Assembly (NCBI RefSeq): GCF_006345805.1
Contig: NC_043004.1
Location: 87,048,001 to 87,112,000, forward strand
Direction: 5' to 3'
Length of the DNA stretch: 64,000 nt
DNA from: Octopus sinensis
Taxonomy: Eukaryota
Both the position numbers and the translations under genes were made by a program. Under the pieces are notes generated by a model. That model was given only the letters and a program-made list of their open reading frames with translations. It did not search any database and was not told the DNA's origin. The first letter of the stretch is position 1, and each line of letters begins with the position of its first letter. Below, piece after piece: positions 37,610-51,295 of the stretch.

Positions 37610-38843
37610 ATGACAAGGGTTCCAGTTGGTATGATCAATGGAACAGCTTTTTCATGAAATTAACTTACAAGTGGCTGAGCACCTCGACAGACATGCATAC
37701 TCTTAATGTAGTTCTCAAGGAGAATAAGCTTGACATAGAATATGACAAAGCTGGCCCTTTGAAATATAGGTAGAACTCATTTTTGCCAGCTGAGTAGACC
37801 AGAGCAATATGAAGTAAAGTATCTTGCTCAAGGACACAATGTGCTGCCAGGAATCCAATTCAACCTTATCCTTACCACTACAACCAGCCTAAAAGATAAT
37901 CCCAGCTCACTGAGTGGGTTGTCTGCTCACTTATAATAAGCACCTTACTCTTACTGCTGTTTTAAAACCCTTCGTATAAAGGAGTTGCCTACATTGGCCA
38001 TAATATTTTCAAGGATATATTTTTTCATGCTTCCAATAGTGAATCACTCTGTTAGCCTCTAAGATCATTGATCACACCTGCTATTCTGTTCCTTCAAAAT
38101 AGTTTTGTCAGTCACTGTTCTTTGATCTATAAGTGCTTTAACATATATTTCCATGTATCATTTTCCCGACTGTAAGTATTCTTAATGCATCCATTTAAAA
38201 CAGTCTTCAAATGAAGCAGTTAAAGTCAAACTTAATAACATTATACCTCAGATGAGACAATGTATGATTGAAATAAATGTTATGTTGCATACTTTTTCAA
38301 TCTTTACCAACATAGAAAATAGATGTTAACATGGTGACAACTACAATATTTTTGTATAATGTTGAAGATGAATGTTAAAAAAAAACAAAAAAACTCCTTG
38401 ATAAAACTTGTTCCATTTAATTCCAATGACTTTCAGACTAAGGGCAGCAGATGTGTCTGCTTAGAGCTAATGAGTAATCATCTATTTACAGTGTTATAGA
38501 CAGGTGAATAGTGACAAGTGTAGTGTTACTTGGAATAGGCCTTGTCATTATTCTCTACCATATCAAATTGACTAAAAATATTTATATAAAATTATTGGAA
38601 ATATATAGAAAAACAAAAAATATTTACTATTATTTCTGTCTTTTTATATTTCATTCTTTGTGTGTGTATTTATGCACGTGTGTATGTATGTATGTGTGTG
38701 TGTTTTGTACAATTACAGATACATTTGCATGTGTGGAAAAGTATAATTGCCTACTAGTTGATTCAAATCAATAAATGTCCTACAGCAAAGACAGCTGTGT
38801 CAGTACCAGTTTTTGGCTATTAGATTGTTAGCTACTTTAACAG

Positions 38844-38879
38844 GAACTTTATTGGCTGCATATCGATACTGTCTTGGGG
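38844..38879 (+). other. Candidate 36-nt host exon (alternative upstream acceptor at 38786)
   Basis: Acceptor CTACTTTAACAG/G and donor GG/GTAAGT; all 3 frames open (GTLLAAYRYCLG, ELYWLHIDTVLG or NFIGCISILSW). Confidence 0.35.
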
Positions 38880-40097
38880 GTAAGTCTCATTCCTATGTCA
38901 AAATTATAATAATTGAATTACTAATCTAATCCATTGATTCAAATTTCTTACATTTTCAGTTTTATTTCATCTGCTTTCAAAAAAAAAAAAAAAAAGAATT
39001 ACAGCAGTCTAAATTTTGTTTGTGAGCAAGTTTATTGAAATACACTTGTTCTAAAGCAAAATAACTGTAGATATATTTTACTATGAATGTTATACAACTT
39101 ACATAAATGAATTTTAGCAATAATTGTCATGGTAAATTATGTATCATGACACTCACCTATATTCTTTCATTGATGAGATAAAAATCATGCTCTAGTTCAG
39201 ATCAATGCTTTCATCAACCCACACCATTTCATTTGAAAACTTTGTTAGGACAAATATTTATGAAACCTTGATATCATGATGTTTTATTAAGATGTTTTAT
39301 GTGTGAAGAAATGTAGGCGGATTCTTAAGATTAAAGGAAAAAAGAATTAGCTTATATATTTTGTTCCGTTTGAGTACCTGTAGAAAATATCATCTGTGGA
39401 TAGATGTCTGAACCAGAAAAAAATAGTTGTTTGTTGTTGAGATCAAAATTTCATTTTTTTGTATTTGTTTCTTTTGATTTATATTCTAAAAGTTGATAGA
39501 TTTAACAACTATCAAATTTAACAATACTTGTGTAATCTTCACTTCACCTGTAAATAACTAGTTTTTAATTTAGATTTTTGCTTTATTTCTATTGTAAAAG
39601 AGCTCTTTTTGCTACTTAGTGAAAATCCATTGTATAATTTTTTTCAATAAATTTATTACTGTTATAAGCTGAAGCATTAACTAAGTTTGTAAGTCAAGCT
39701 AACAATTCTACAATATTTTCTTTAAAATTTTTCTGTCAAAGTATAGAATGAATTTAAAATAATTTAGCCTGTGGAAGATTCCTAGCTGTCATAGACAGGA
39801 AAATGAAATAGTTTGGTGAGCTAAATAGTTAACATTTGGTTTGAACATTTGAAAGTTAGTTGTTGAGTAAAAAACATGGTCAGTTGTTGCATAGCCCTGG
39901 GCCATTTCTGATTACAGAGATTCAACGAGGAATGATTAGAGGAGAAGTGGTGAGATAAGTGTGTCTAGGCTGGGGAGATTTACACTTAGAAAATTCAGAG
40001 GACTATTGTAATAACAGTAGATACATTATGAGCATTGGGCAAGTAATTGAAGGGTATTGTGAATTTGTTCATTATACTGAAAGAGTTATTTTATGTC

Positions 40098-40142
<45 letters not shown>

Positions 40143-40279
40143 GCAAGTCACATAATATGGATTCAAGTAATCTGGTAGTGCGCATAAAAAATGTATTTTT
40201 TGCATTAATGTAGGCATGTAAGTAATTTATTTATTATTAAATATAATAATATAAATTATTTATGTTTTTAAGTTATGAA

Positions 40280-40440
40280 ACAACTTCTTCCAGTTTCCGT
40301 CTACCAAATCCACTCACAAGGCTTTGGTCAGCCTGAGGCTATAGTAGAAGACACTTGCCCAAGGTGCCATGCAGTGGGACTGAACCCGGGACCATGTGGT
40401 TCGTAAGCAAGCTACTTACCACACAGCCACTCCCGTGCCT
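40280..40440 (-). mobile_element. SINE head only (type A/B)
   Basis: Near-consensus head, no body. Confidence 0.85.
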
Positions 40441-40803
40441 GTCTTGTTAAATAAAATTTCATCAAACTATTTCTCTCTCATTTGTGACTTTTATATATAT
40501 ATATAATCTTCATCAGTCAATGTCCAAAAGATCATCACAATTTCACACCTATATATATATATATTATTGTCAATCACCCATCTTCGTGTCATCATATGTT
40601 CTGTATAAAATAGTATCAGCCAGTTGCAAGTCTTCACTAAACAGTTTTTAATTCAGAGATTTTCTCCTCTGAGATGAATTGTCTTCACTACAACTAGTGA
40701 GCACCATCTACCCTTGACTATGCTGGATGATTGTTTACTCTCCTGAATTCCTCCACCTTTTCACAACTCTTGCTTTTCATCCTGCAAGGTGTTCAAAAAT
40801 TAC

Positions 40804-40856
<53 letters not shown>

Positions 40857-41189
40857 ATATATAAATGTGTGGAGAAGGCAAATAAAAAAAATGGAGGAGA
40901 ACATTGTCTTTAAACTAGTACAAGCAATAGTAAAGAAAGTACACTTAGTTTATCATAAAAAATACTAATGGTTGACTGCAGCTGAAACCTGAGTGAATGG
41001 TAAGGAGTGGTAGTTGACCCCCACCAGCCTTCAGCTACAAGGATTGGCATATATTCATTCATTCGTTAACTACCTGTTAGTATCTCTCTTGAGGATTGTC
41101 TATATTAATTTATTTTAGTCTATCTAGAACATCTACTTATTTATAACTGCTAGCAGAACACAGGGAAAATTTCTTCACTGCAATGTCCA

Positions 41190-41730
41190 TGAACATCATC
41201 ATTGCTTTACATTTTATTTTTTAATGCTGGCATAGGTTGGATGTGTTCGCTCCAGCATAGTTGCATTCCCTCATCATGAACTTTCTGAGGTCCAACATCC
41301 TGATGTTAAATCTCGCCACATCTAACGTCTTTTACTGTCCACACTTTCTGCCGGTTTCTTCCACTTAGTTCATTTGATACTTCTTTGGATCTCTTAATAC
41401 TTCTTTATCTGAAGGTCATCTTTTATATGCAATATAATGCTTGTACTAGTGCAATATTCTCATGCTGTCAGTGCCCATGTCTCATTACCACCATGCAATA
41501 TCATATGTTGTATACAAGCATTACATACTTTCCTCTTCACTCAGAGAAGCCTTTTGTTACCAACAAAATTACTATATATCCCTGAACTTTTTCCATCCCA
41601 TCCTTATTCTGGTAGCTCTGCTTTTGTAACAATTATCTCCACTACTAATTGGGTCTCTTCAGTAACAGAAGCTGTCAACAAATACTTTTAATATTGCAAT
41701 TTGGGGATAATGACGTTGTTGGCTACAGGT
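41190..41730 (-). pseudogene. RTE ORF2 C-terminal remnant with CAT tail
   Basis: VDSFCY, TRIRMGWKKFR, LVTKGFS and LHGGNETWA motifs; same family as 45815-46270. Confidence 0.7.
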
Positions 41731-41796
41731 CTCCAGGCCCAGTCATTGAATTGCTGCATACACACACACGCATGCACACTCTCTCTTTCTCTCTCT

Positions 41797-41849
<53 letters not shown>

Positions 41850-41859
41850 CCATAGTAGG

Positions 41860-42135
41860 AGATGTTAAATCTTGCTACATTGTTGTGTTTTTGAGCAAGA
41901 CACTTCATTTCATGTTGGTCCAGTTCACTCAGCTGTAGAAATGAGTTGCAACGTTACAGATGCCAAGCTGTATTGGCCTTTGCCTTTCCCTTGGATAACA
42001 CTGGTGGCATGGAGAGAGGAGGCCGGTATGCATGGGCAACTGCTGATCTTCCATAAACAACCTTGCCTGGACTTGTGCCTGGGAGGGTAACTTTCTAGGT
42101 GCAATCCCATGGTCAGTCATGACCGAAGGGGATCT
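41860..42135 (+). mobile_element. SINE type E
   Basis: TTTGAGCAAGACACTT..CCAGTTCACTCAGCTGTAGAAATGAGT SINE-like core; related to type D. Confidence 0.55.
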
Positions 42136-42864
42136 CAGTAGGAGATACTTGTGCAAAATACCATGCAGTATGATTAAGTCTGAAACCATGTGGTTGCTTT
42201 CCTTGCCAACATACCCTTAATAACCATTTCAACGATATAACAGTCAAACTTGATAGCTTGTAAGCTCATTATCAGTCAAATAGCAGAATCACTGGAACAC
42301 TGGAACACTCGCTATAATCTTTTTTATGGCATACAGTTATGTACATTTATGTTCTAAGTTTAAATGCTGATTAACTTTGTCTTTTGTATTACAAGAATCA
42401 ATAAAATGTGTGCCAGTCAACAATTGTGGTTTGATATGATTGCTCATACCCTCTCTGAAAAAACTCACTAATAATATATCAAATTTCTCTTGTACTAATA
42501 GCCAATAAAAAAAGAGCAAGAAGTTCACAATTTCTTATTTCTCCTTCCCTATAACTATACGGCTTCAAGCTTAATTAAAAAATTATCTCTACATTATTAT
42601 TATTGAATGCCTTTGATTAGATAGCTCAGAATTTTTTTTTATTATCATTCCTAGTACATGGGTTAAAAGCCATATTTTAAAATTCTTTTTCTTTTACTGT
42701 GTCAGGTTCCTTAGGGAGATATTTAAACTTGCTTTCTTTGCAAAAGCACTTCATGCTTCAGTAAGGTTTCCTATTGATTATATCAATAGAATCATGTCTT
42801 GAGATTTAGTGATCTTTCAACTTCAAAAATTTTGAAAAGTACCATTGTTGAATAGTGGGTGATA

Positions 42865-43421
42865 TATTGGGTTGTCCGGAAAGTTCGTGCCAATTTTTAA
42901 AGGAAAGAAAAAGGTCAATAAATACTTGCCATTACATTTTTAATCAACCAAATATGAACCATTTTGTTGAACAATGTGTCTCCAGCTTTCCTTTAACTTG
43001 AAAATACCCTCTTCCCAGAATTGAGGTGGTTTCATGGCAAAGAATTCATCAAGGTATCTTTTTATGTCATCCAAGGAATTGAAATTTTTACCACTAAGAC
43101 TATTCTGCAGAGACCTGAATAAGTGGAAATCTGAAGGAACAATATCTGGTGAATATGGAGGGTGGGGTAACACATCCCAGCCGAGCTGAAGCAATTTTTG
43201 CCTGGTTTCCAAAGCATCAAGTGCCGAAAATGAACTTTCTTATCTTCCATTTTAAAGGGTTACAGAATTAACACATAAACCTTCTTCCACGAAAAGATAG
43301 CTTAAACTGTGCTCTAAATGAAGGTGTAGTCAAATCCTATTTTATGGACTCAGCCATGTTCTAAAATAAGTCGAAACGTAAGCTACTATAAATTGGTACA
43401 AACTTTCCGGACAACCCAGTA
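42865..43421 (-). mobile_element. Internally deleted mariner, 557 bp
   Basis: TA-TTGGGTTGTCCGGAAAGTTCGTGCCAATTT and AAATTGGTACAAACTTTCCGGACAACCCAG-TA; MEDKKVHFRHLMLW fused out of frame to ETRQKLL..HPPYSPDIVPSDFHLF..QNGSYLVD*. Confidence 0.93.
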
Positions 43422-43790
43422 GTTTTCTTCAACATCCTTTCATTCTCAGTTTTTCTCTTAATCTTTTGAACACTTGTTTGGGTATTATTATTCCAAGTAC
43501 TTCCTTCTGTTTTCATGTTCCAGAATTTTTTTACTTTTCTGAACAAATTCAGTTTTCTTCTGATCTTTTTGGTTTATTTTACTTTTGAGTCAAGTATCAT
43601 GTCACATAATATATAAGCAGAGTTTTCTGCTATGGTTCTATCCAGTATCTTTGCATGCTCAGTTTGCCTTGATAAATGTCACAGCAGCTAACAATCTCAG
43701 ATATGAAGTTCAGTGCACCATAATATAAAAATAAATCAGAATAATGATAATACTGAAAATTAAAATAAATTATTGCTGTTTTTTCATAAT

Positions 43791-44225
43791 TATTAGAAGG
43801 TTCTCATTGAAGATGAAAGGAAAGGTCTATAGGAGTTGTGTGAGAGCTGCAGTGCTGTCTGGGAGTGAGACATGGTGTTTAAAGGAGAGAGAGATGGCAA
43901 TTTTGAGAAGGACTGAGAGAGCAATGGTGAGAGAGATGTGTGGAATGAGGCTTTTTGGTAAGAGGAGGACTGAGGACTTGATAGGGATGCTGGGGTTGGC
44001 AGAATCAGTGGAATGGCTAGCAAGGGTGAATGGAGTTCAGTGGTATGGGCATGTCTACAATTTGAGGTAAATGGACAGCGAAAGCAAGGTAAACTGAGGA
44101 AAATGTGGAGGAGGAGATTGGGAGGGTTGGCTTGAGAAGGGAGGATGCCCAAAACCGGGCGAGATAGTGTGAGGGCAATTGCTATGGCATTTTAGTAGAT
44201 CCGGCCACCCTTGTTAACTGGGATA
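43791..44225 (+). pseudogene. RTE ORF2 C-terminal fragment (third family) with GAT tail
   Basis: FSLKMKGKVYRSCVRAAVLSGSETWCL..VQWYGHV. Confidence 0.85.
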
Positions 44226-44815
44226 AAACCCAGATTTAAAATGATGGATGATGATGATTAGTTGCTATTGTTGTACAGTGGTAAGCTGGCATGCCAGGCA
44301 AAATGCTTTCATCTGTCTATATGTTCTAAGTTCAAATCCTGTTGAGGCTGACTTTGTCTTTTATCCTTCCAGGGTTGATAAAATAAGTACCAGTTGAGCA
44401 CTGGTGTAAATGTGATCAACTTAACTACTCTTAGGTGAGAATATAAAAACTGCACCCCTCTTCCAAGCCACATTAAGCCAGTGTGGCAGAGTAGGATTTC
44501 AAGCTCAAATTTACAGCCTTCACATCAGACCATGGTTGATGGAGAGAACATGCTGAGACCTTCATCCTGCAGTGGACTGAACATAGGCAACCCAATCAAC
44601 CCAATTGTTGTAGCAATGAATTACCATATCTCGTTGGGTATTTGATTTCAAATCCTACTGGGTTTGGTTTGGCTATTTATCTGTATTGTTTTGCTTAAAA
44701 ATTGCATTCCAGTTTATCCAATTTACTATATTTATTTCTCTTAGGAAAAGGAAAAAGAAGCTCATTGACTTGTATGATGAGCAAATTCATCATAATCAGC
44801 TTTGTTGTTGCTTTT

Positions 44816-44846
<31 letters not shown>

Positions 44847-45069
44847 TAAGTTTTTATTTAACCTCTGTCAGTCCTGATGAAGCAGACCTAAAATAAAATA
44901 TGCTTCACCCATGAATATTCTTATTTTTGTGTGCAGGGACCCAGGATTACATTATCTGACATATTCTCTCCTAAGATGGTACTATATGGTTTGAAGGAGA
45001 TTTAGTTGCTATTTCTAGTAGGTCAAACAATCATGCAGAGGCTCCTTCATTGGCTTGTATAATAGTTAA

Positions 45070-46280
45070 TCATCATCATCATCATCATTTAACGTCCGCT
45101 TTCCATGCTAGCATGGGTTGGACGATTTGACTGAGGGCTGGCAAACCAGATGGCTGCACCAGGCTCCAATCTGATCTGGCAGAGTTTCTACAGCTGGATG
45201 CCTTTCCTAATGCCAACCACTCTGAGAGTTGTGGGTGCTTTTACGTGCCAGCGGCATGAGGGCCATTCAGGCGGTACTGGCAACAGCCACGCTCAAATGG
45301 TGCTTTTTACATGCCACCTGCACAGGAGCCAGTCCAGCGGCACTGGCAACTACCTCGCTCAAATGTTATTTCACGTGCCACCAGCATAAGTGCCAGTAGG
45401 GCGACACTGGTAATGATGCTTTTTATGTGCCACCGGCATGGAAACCAGTCAGCTGCTCTGGCAACGATCATGCTCGGATGGTGCTCTTAGTGCTCCACTA
45501 GCACGGATGCCACTCAATCAAATTTGATTTCAATTTCACTTGCCTCAGCAGGTCTTCGCAAGCAGAGTTTAGTGTCCAATGAAGGAAAGGTACGCATAAG
45601 TGAGCTGGTTGCACCCCTGGCATAGGCCACAGGTTATTGTCTCACTTGGCTTGCCGGCTCTTCTCAAGCACAGCACATTTTCAAAGGTCTCAGTCACTAG
45701 TCATTGCTTTGGTGAGGCCTAATGTTCGAAGGTCATGCTTCACCACCTAATCCCAGGTCTTCCTGGGTCTACTTCTTCCACAGGTTCCCTTAACTGCTAG
45801 GGTGTGGCACTTTTTCAACAGCTATCCTCATCCATTCTCGACACATGACCATACCAACGCAGTCGTCTCTCTTGCACACCATATCTGATGCTTCTGAGGT
45901 CCAACTTTTCTCTCAAGGTACTTACACTCTGATGAGTATGCACACTGATATTACACATCCATCGGAGCATGCTGGCTTCATTCCTTGTGAGCTTATGCAT
46001 GTCCTCAGCAGTCATGGCCCATGTTTCGCTGCCATGTAGCATGGCTTTTCGTACACATGCATCATACAGTCTACCTTTTACTCTGAGCAAGAGGCCCTTT
46101 GTCACCAGCAGAGGTAAGAGCTGTCTGAACTTTGCCCAGGCTATTTTTATTCTTGCAGCTACACTTTCAGCACTCCTTCCCTCGCTACTGACTTGGTCAC
46201 CTAGGTAATGGAAGCTATCAACTACTTCTAGTTTTTTTCCCTGGAATGTGGCAGAAGTTGTTCTCTGCACTATAACAATT
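45070..46280 (-). mobile_element. 5'-truncated RTE LINE: ORF2 C-terminus, 3' UTR with diverged 60-bp repeats, (CAT)n tail
   Basis: ORF 45815-46270 LEVVDSFHYLGDQ..LHGSETW..RRLRWYGHVSRM; terminus as at 3445-3625. Confidence 0.93.
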
Positions 46281-47600
46281 TCTATTTAGTAATGCTAATA
46301 TGTGTCTACAATACTGTTTTATTATTTTTATTTTTTGATCTCTTGCCACTAAATGAAAATCTTGCCTTGTAGTCATATTATAGTGTCAGACAAAATGTGT
46401 TTTATTATTTAATTCAGTCATGCAAAAATGCTTAGCAACATTTCTTCCAGCTCTTTACATTTTAGTTCAAACTGTGCTGTGTTCAATTTGATTTTTCATC
46501 CTTTCAAAGTCAATAGAATAAAGTATCAGTCAAGTTCTGAGATCAATGGTATCAACTAATCCCATTCCTTCAAACCTGCTGGCCTTGTGCTAGAATTTCA
46601 AACTACTATTTAATGCAGTCCCTTCTCTGTTTAAATTCAAACATACTGGGATTAAATCCTCTTCTTTCCCTTCCTTCTGGAGGTAATTAAAGTTATCCCA
46701 GTACTTGACTAGTGTTTATTTTATTGAGTCTGGAATGATGAAAGGTAAGAATTCATCTTAAAGGGACACGAGTAAATACTACAAGGTATTAAGTCTAATA
46801 CTCTTTGACATTCTGTTAACATTTGGTAGAATCAGCACACTTCTGGTGAAGATTATAGACTACTGAACTGGCTTCAATATATAACTGGTACTCATTCAGA
46901 TCCATACTCTCTTCACCATTCATAGTATTTATATAAATCTTGCTAGCAGATACTTTGTGAAACTGTACCATCATCTTCCTCATCTCAACACAGTTACTAT
47001 ATTTACTGGTGTTTAAAATGCATTTTTTTGTTTTAAAATGTATCAAAAACTTGCCCTGCATCTAATACAGCCATATGGATAGGAGACTGAGTGAATACCA
47101 TTGGCTATGTAGCTGGATGTTACTAATTATTACTACTAATAGTAGAATGTTGAAAAGGAGCCAAATTATCACAGTCTGTTAGCACAAACTTGGGGGAAAA
47201 AACTGCATATAGTATGCCTGCAGTTATGTGGGGAGAGTGAAAGACAGGAAAACTAAAGTAGTAGAGCACCATCATGGTAGGCAATAATGGTCACACAAGA
47301 CAGCACATCCAGAAATACAAGTTTTACTTCATGTATGGCAATTCTCATGAGCAAAATATAAACAACTATCCAGTTGATCTGAAAGAAGATAAAGTTGAGA
47401 TACTGTACTCCCATAATGTAATTTATTTATGATGAAATTTTGCTGTCACTTTTTTTTTCCAGTATATTGTCACAATAATATATTTACATACATAAAATCA
47501 TACACAAAGCCGCTTTAAGATATCTTTTAATAAGTGTGTGATGGAATCTACTAAATTTGTATTTTTTTCACAAAATATCCTTGAAATATAGGGATTCATC

Positions 47601-47818
47601 AAGGTGGCAAGTTGACAGAAATGTTAGCATGCGGAGCGAAATGCTTAGTAGTATTTCATCTGTCTTTACGTTCTGAGTTCAAATTCCACCGAACTCGACT
47701 TTGCCTTTCATCCTTTCAGGGTCAATAAATTAAGGACCAGTTGTGTACTGGAGTCAATCTAATCGACTGCTCCCCCCACTCCCCAAAAATTTCAGGCTTT
47801 GTGCTTAGAGTAGAAAAG
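47601..47818 (+). mobile_element. Full-length SINE type C (Meta-domain-like) with 16-bp TSD
   Basis: Perfect TSD AATATAGGGATTCATC at 47585-47600 and 47819-47834; B-box GAGTTCAAATTCC; GCCTTTCATCCTTTCAGGGTC core. Confidence 0.92.
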
Positions 47819-48114
47819 AATATAGGGATTCATCTTATGCAAGAATGCTTCTTATACACTGACAAATCCAGTACTTCTCTAGTGTGACTGCAGTCACTCA
47901 TTGGCAGTAAAAACAAGTAATAGTCATAGTCAAGTATTGGGAGTTGGTCTCTTTCTACCCTGAACTTGTAGACTTGTGTCAGCACTAGGCTATATATCTT
48001 TCAAGTATTTAATGCTTACACCATACTTTCCAAGTTCTACCCTAAGAAGGTTAGACATTTTTTTTTCATTCCTGGAAATGGGCCAAGGTGTTTGTTGATA
48101 TGAGGTTATAGAGA

Positions 48115-48840
48115 AGACTTGTCCACATCAACGAAACTGAGTTCTAGGGGTATTGTGTTCCACCTACACATAACAATAAAGATTTTCACACACTCTACCC
48201 CAACAAACCAAACTACATCTACAAAATCCTCTCCCAAACTGTATCTCTTCTCTTCTTCACATTTCTTCTTCATACACTATGATTATCTTCCACTCCCCAA
48301 TCCTGTTCTCACTAATCTGCTCACTGTATCATTACTCCCCCCCCCACCTATATATCCAGGTCCCTACCTGTCACAGTATTCTCCACCTCCACTCCCTAAT
48401 CATGCCACTTGGCAATACCTGGCTATGTATATCATGACCTCCACACCTTGGGGGTATGCCCTGGCACCTGCCACTATTTACCTCTCTCTTCCTTACTCTA
48501 CCATCCCATCTATGCTCTGATCCCTGTTCCTTGTGAGTATACCCTGGCACCTCACCACCATCTCCCTCCTGCTCTCTCTTGTATTCTTACTGTTTCCCAC
48601 TCTCTCTCTTTTCCCTTGCTCTTCCTTCTGGCTGGGTACCCATGTATCTCCTGTACATCAGCACGCTTGTTTCTTATTCTCTCTCTTTCCTCTGGCTAGG
48701 TTACCATCTATCTCCTTTACAGCAGCACACCTGTTCCTGTCCTCTTGCTTGTTAACTCTCTCTCTCTCTCTTTCTCTGGCTGGGTAACCACGTACCTCTA
48801 CTACAGCAGGACACCTGTTTCTGTCTCTCTGTCACATTCT
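48115..48840 (+). mobile_element. Probable PLE 3' region, C/T-rich, ending in three diverged ~65-80-bp repeats (48628-48835)
   Basis: GIVFHLH..NKDF resembles a PLE GIY-YIG end; CTGGCT(G/A)GGT..CCA occurs three times. Confidence 0.3.
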
Positions 48841-48849
48841 AACCATCAC

Positions 48850-49205
48850 CTTCAATGCCCCTCCCCTCTCAAAGATTCTTTGTCTTGCAAAGTTACTTGA
48901 TAACCCTGCCAGTGCAGGTGCCACTTAAAAAGCATCCAGTCCACAATATAAAGTGGTTGACATTTGGGAGGGCATCCAGCTGTAAAACTATTGCCAAAAC
49001 AGACCTCACCTGTGCTAGTGTTATGTAAAAAGCACTCAGCCCACTCTGTAGGGTGGTTGGTGTTAGGAAGGGCATCCAACCATAAAAAAACCATGCCAAA
49101 ACAGACACAGACATATGGTGCAGGTTTCTGCCTGGCCAGCTCTTGTCAAATCATCCAACACATGCCAACATGAAAGGCAGATGTTAAAGATGATAATGAT
49201 GATGA
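48850..49205 (+). mobile_element. RTE-type 3' tail fragment
   Basis: GGAAGGGCATCCA..CCATGCCAAAACAGAC..(GAT)n. Confidence 0.7.
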
Positions 49206-49379
49206 TGGAAAGTGAGTGAATAAAATGGATACCTCTGATGTATAGGAGTCATTCCCTTTTACTGTTCTCCATTCCTACAAATGTAATATTTTGTACCAAA
49301 ATTAGAAATGGCAACAACAAATGTAACAGTAACATTTCCAAAATGGTACAGTGCTGGATTTTCCACATTTCATACTATT

Positions 49380-49645
49380 CTACTACATTCTCATGCCTTG
49401 CCAAAGCAGACTCTATATTTTCTTCCTATGATTATCATTGTCATACAAGCAGTGTCATTCATTTCCAATATCCTGCAAGAACATATCTGGCCATGAAGAA
49501 ATATTACCTTGCTTGGAAACAAGTGAAGGTTGGCATTAGAAAGAGCATCGAGCCATAGAAAATTTGCCTCGATTAACTTTGTCTGATCCATGCAAACATG
49601 GAAACATATAAATGTAAAATGATAACGACAATGATGATGATGCAG
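49380..49645 (+). mobile_element. SINE type B body
   Basis: Match to 3630-3905. Confidence 0.7.
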
Positions 49646-50116
49646 CTAGCATGAACTGGGGTTAATTTTATTAGTTACATGTCCTTTCCTCAAAAGTTTG
49701 TGACCTTGTGCAAGTGTTTGGCAGAAAGAGCAGTATTTAGATTGGCAGAATTCATAGTGTGTTAGACTTGATAACATTGCAGTATTTTATTTAATGTTCC
49801 TTAACGTCCGAAATTCAATTCCTGCTTGGTTCAATTTCTGTGATTCGTCCTTCTGGGGTCAATGAAATTAGAGCTTGCCAAGTGTTGAATTTGATTTAAA
49901 TGACTGTATTTCAATCCTTAAATGCTTGTGGCCTTTGCACTTAAGTAAAAAACCATTATTAATATTGCTATTGTTGTGTTAATAGTAGTGTTAGTATTTA
50001 ATTCAGAATATTTAGAAATGTATTGAATTGTTAATGTTTTTGCATTAAATTACAAGTTCATCACTAGCCACCCTTAAATAAAATCAGATGCAGTAGCTCT
50101 TAAATATTCATACAAT

Positions 50117-50119
<3 letters not shown>

Positions 50120-50158
<39 letters not shown>

Positions 50159-50163
50159 ATATA

Positions 50164-50220
<57 letters not shown>

Positions 50221-50225
50221 ATTCA
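50120..50225. repeat. (TC)n(TA)n compound microsatellite
   Basis: Direct reading. Confidence 0.95.
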
Positions 50226-51261
50226 CCCATAGACTTTTGTGAAACTAACCTATCTTCTTACTCATCTCTACACATTTACTACTCTATCTAGATACCCTTT
50301 CACACACATATTCACACACACACACACACATACACACACAATGACTCACACATGTACAAACTTACACTCTCACACAATCAATCACACTCCCTCACATACA
50401 CCCACATCCTCTCTCTATCAACCAACCGCCCTATCCCTTCTCCGTCCACTTAAAGTGGTCTGTATATTGGAATAGCTTCCAGCAATCAATATCCTGAAAC
50501 AGTGGCCATTTTGTTTTGGCATCAATGCAAGTTGGTAGATTCCAATAGCATCACTGCAGGTATCGTGGTGGTGGCTGTATTATTGCTAGCCTCTCACATC
50601 ACTGGACTGAATCAGTATTGCATTGCTGTATCTAGCACCAAACAAGGAAGCTTATATTTCTTAGCTGTTAATAATCACCATGGACAGTAATTTGGTAATT
50701 ATTATTGTTTGATTCTTGATTTAATTATTAGATTTATAAAAAAAAAAAAAACTAGTGAAATTAAAAGCAAATTTTTAAAATTCATTCATTAAAAAAAAAC
50801 AAAAACAGTAATTTTCATATATATATTATTTTATTTCAAGTTGAGAATTTCAACATAATTTACTGCTCCAAGTTATTCATGGCAGGCCACTCCCAGTGAG
50901 AAACTTGCAGTAGTATAAGATATGTTATATTGGATTTTTCAACTTGAAAATATAGATTCACTGTTTAATGTTGAATACTCATTGTTTGTATTAGACAAAT
51001 AAAGCAACTACTACAAAATATTACATATGAAAATTAGTTGAAATTTTGGTATTTATTTTTCTATTTTTTTCTTTTATAAGTATTTCATTTAATATTGAAA
51101 AATAAATATTACATATGATGTGTGTGTGTGTACAATGTTTAGATTACAAATATACCTGTACAGTATAAATATATATACACACACACACACACATACACAA
51201 TTATCTGACAAGCCACTACCGGTATAATTTCGAAGTTAGTTATCTTGATAGCATTTTAATT

Positions 51262-51295
<34 letters not shown>

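Larger units (their letters stand above)
35540..37885 (-). mobile_element. SINE type D, split by a MULE (pieces 35540-35572 and 37610-37885)
   Basis: The two pieces join into GGTTATGAT(G/A)CAAGGGTTCCAGTTG..CTTGCTCAAGGACACAA, as I recall for an Octopus SINE. Confidence 0.6.

Noticed and set aside
44874-44900. CTGATGA hammerhead-like core
   Set aside because: No downstream GAAA and no stem I pairing.
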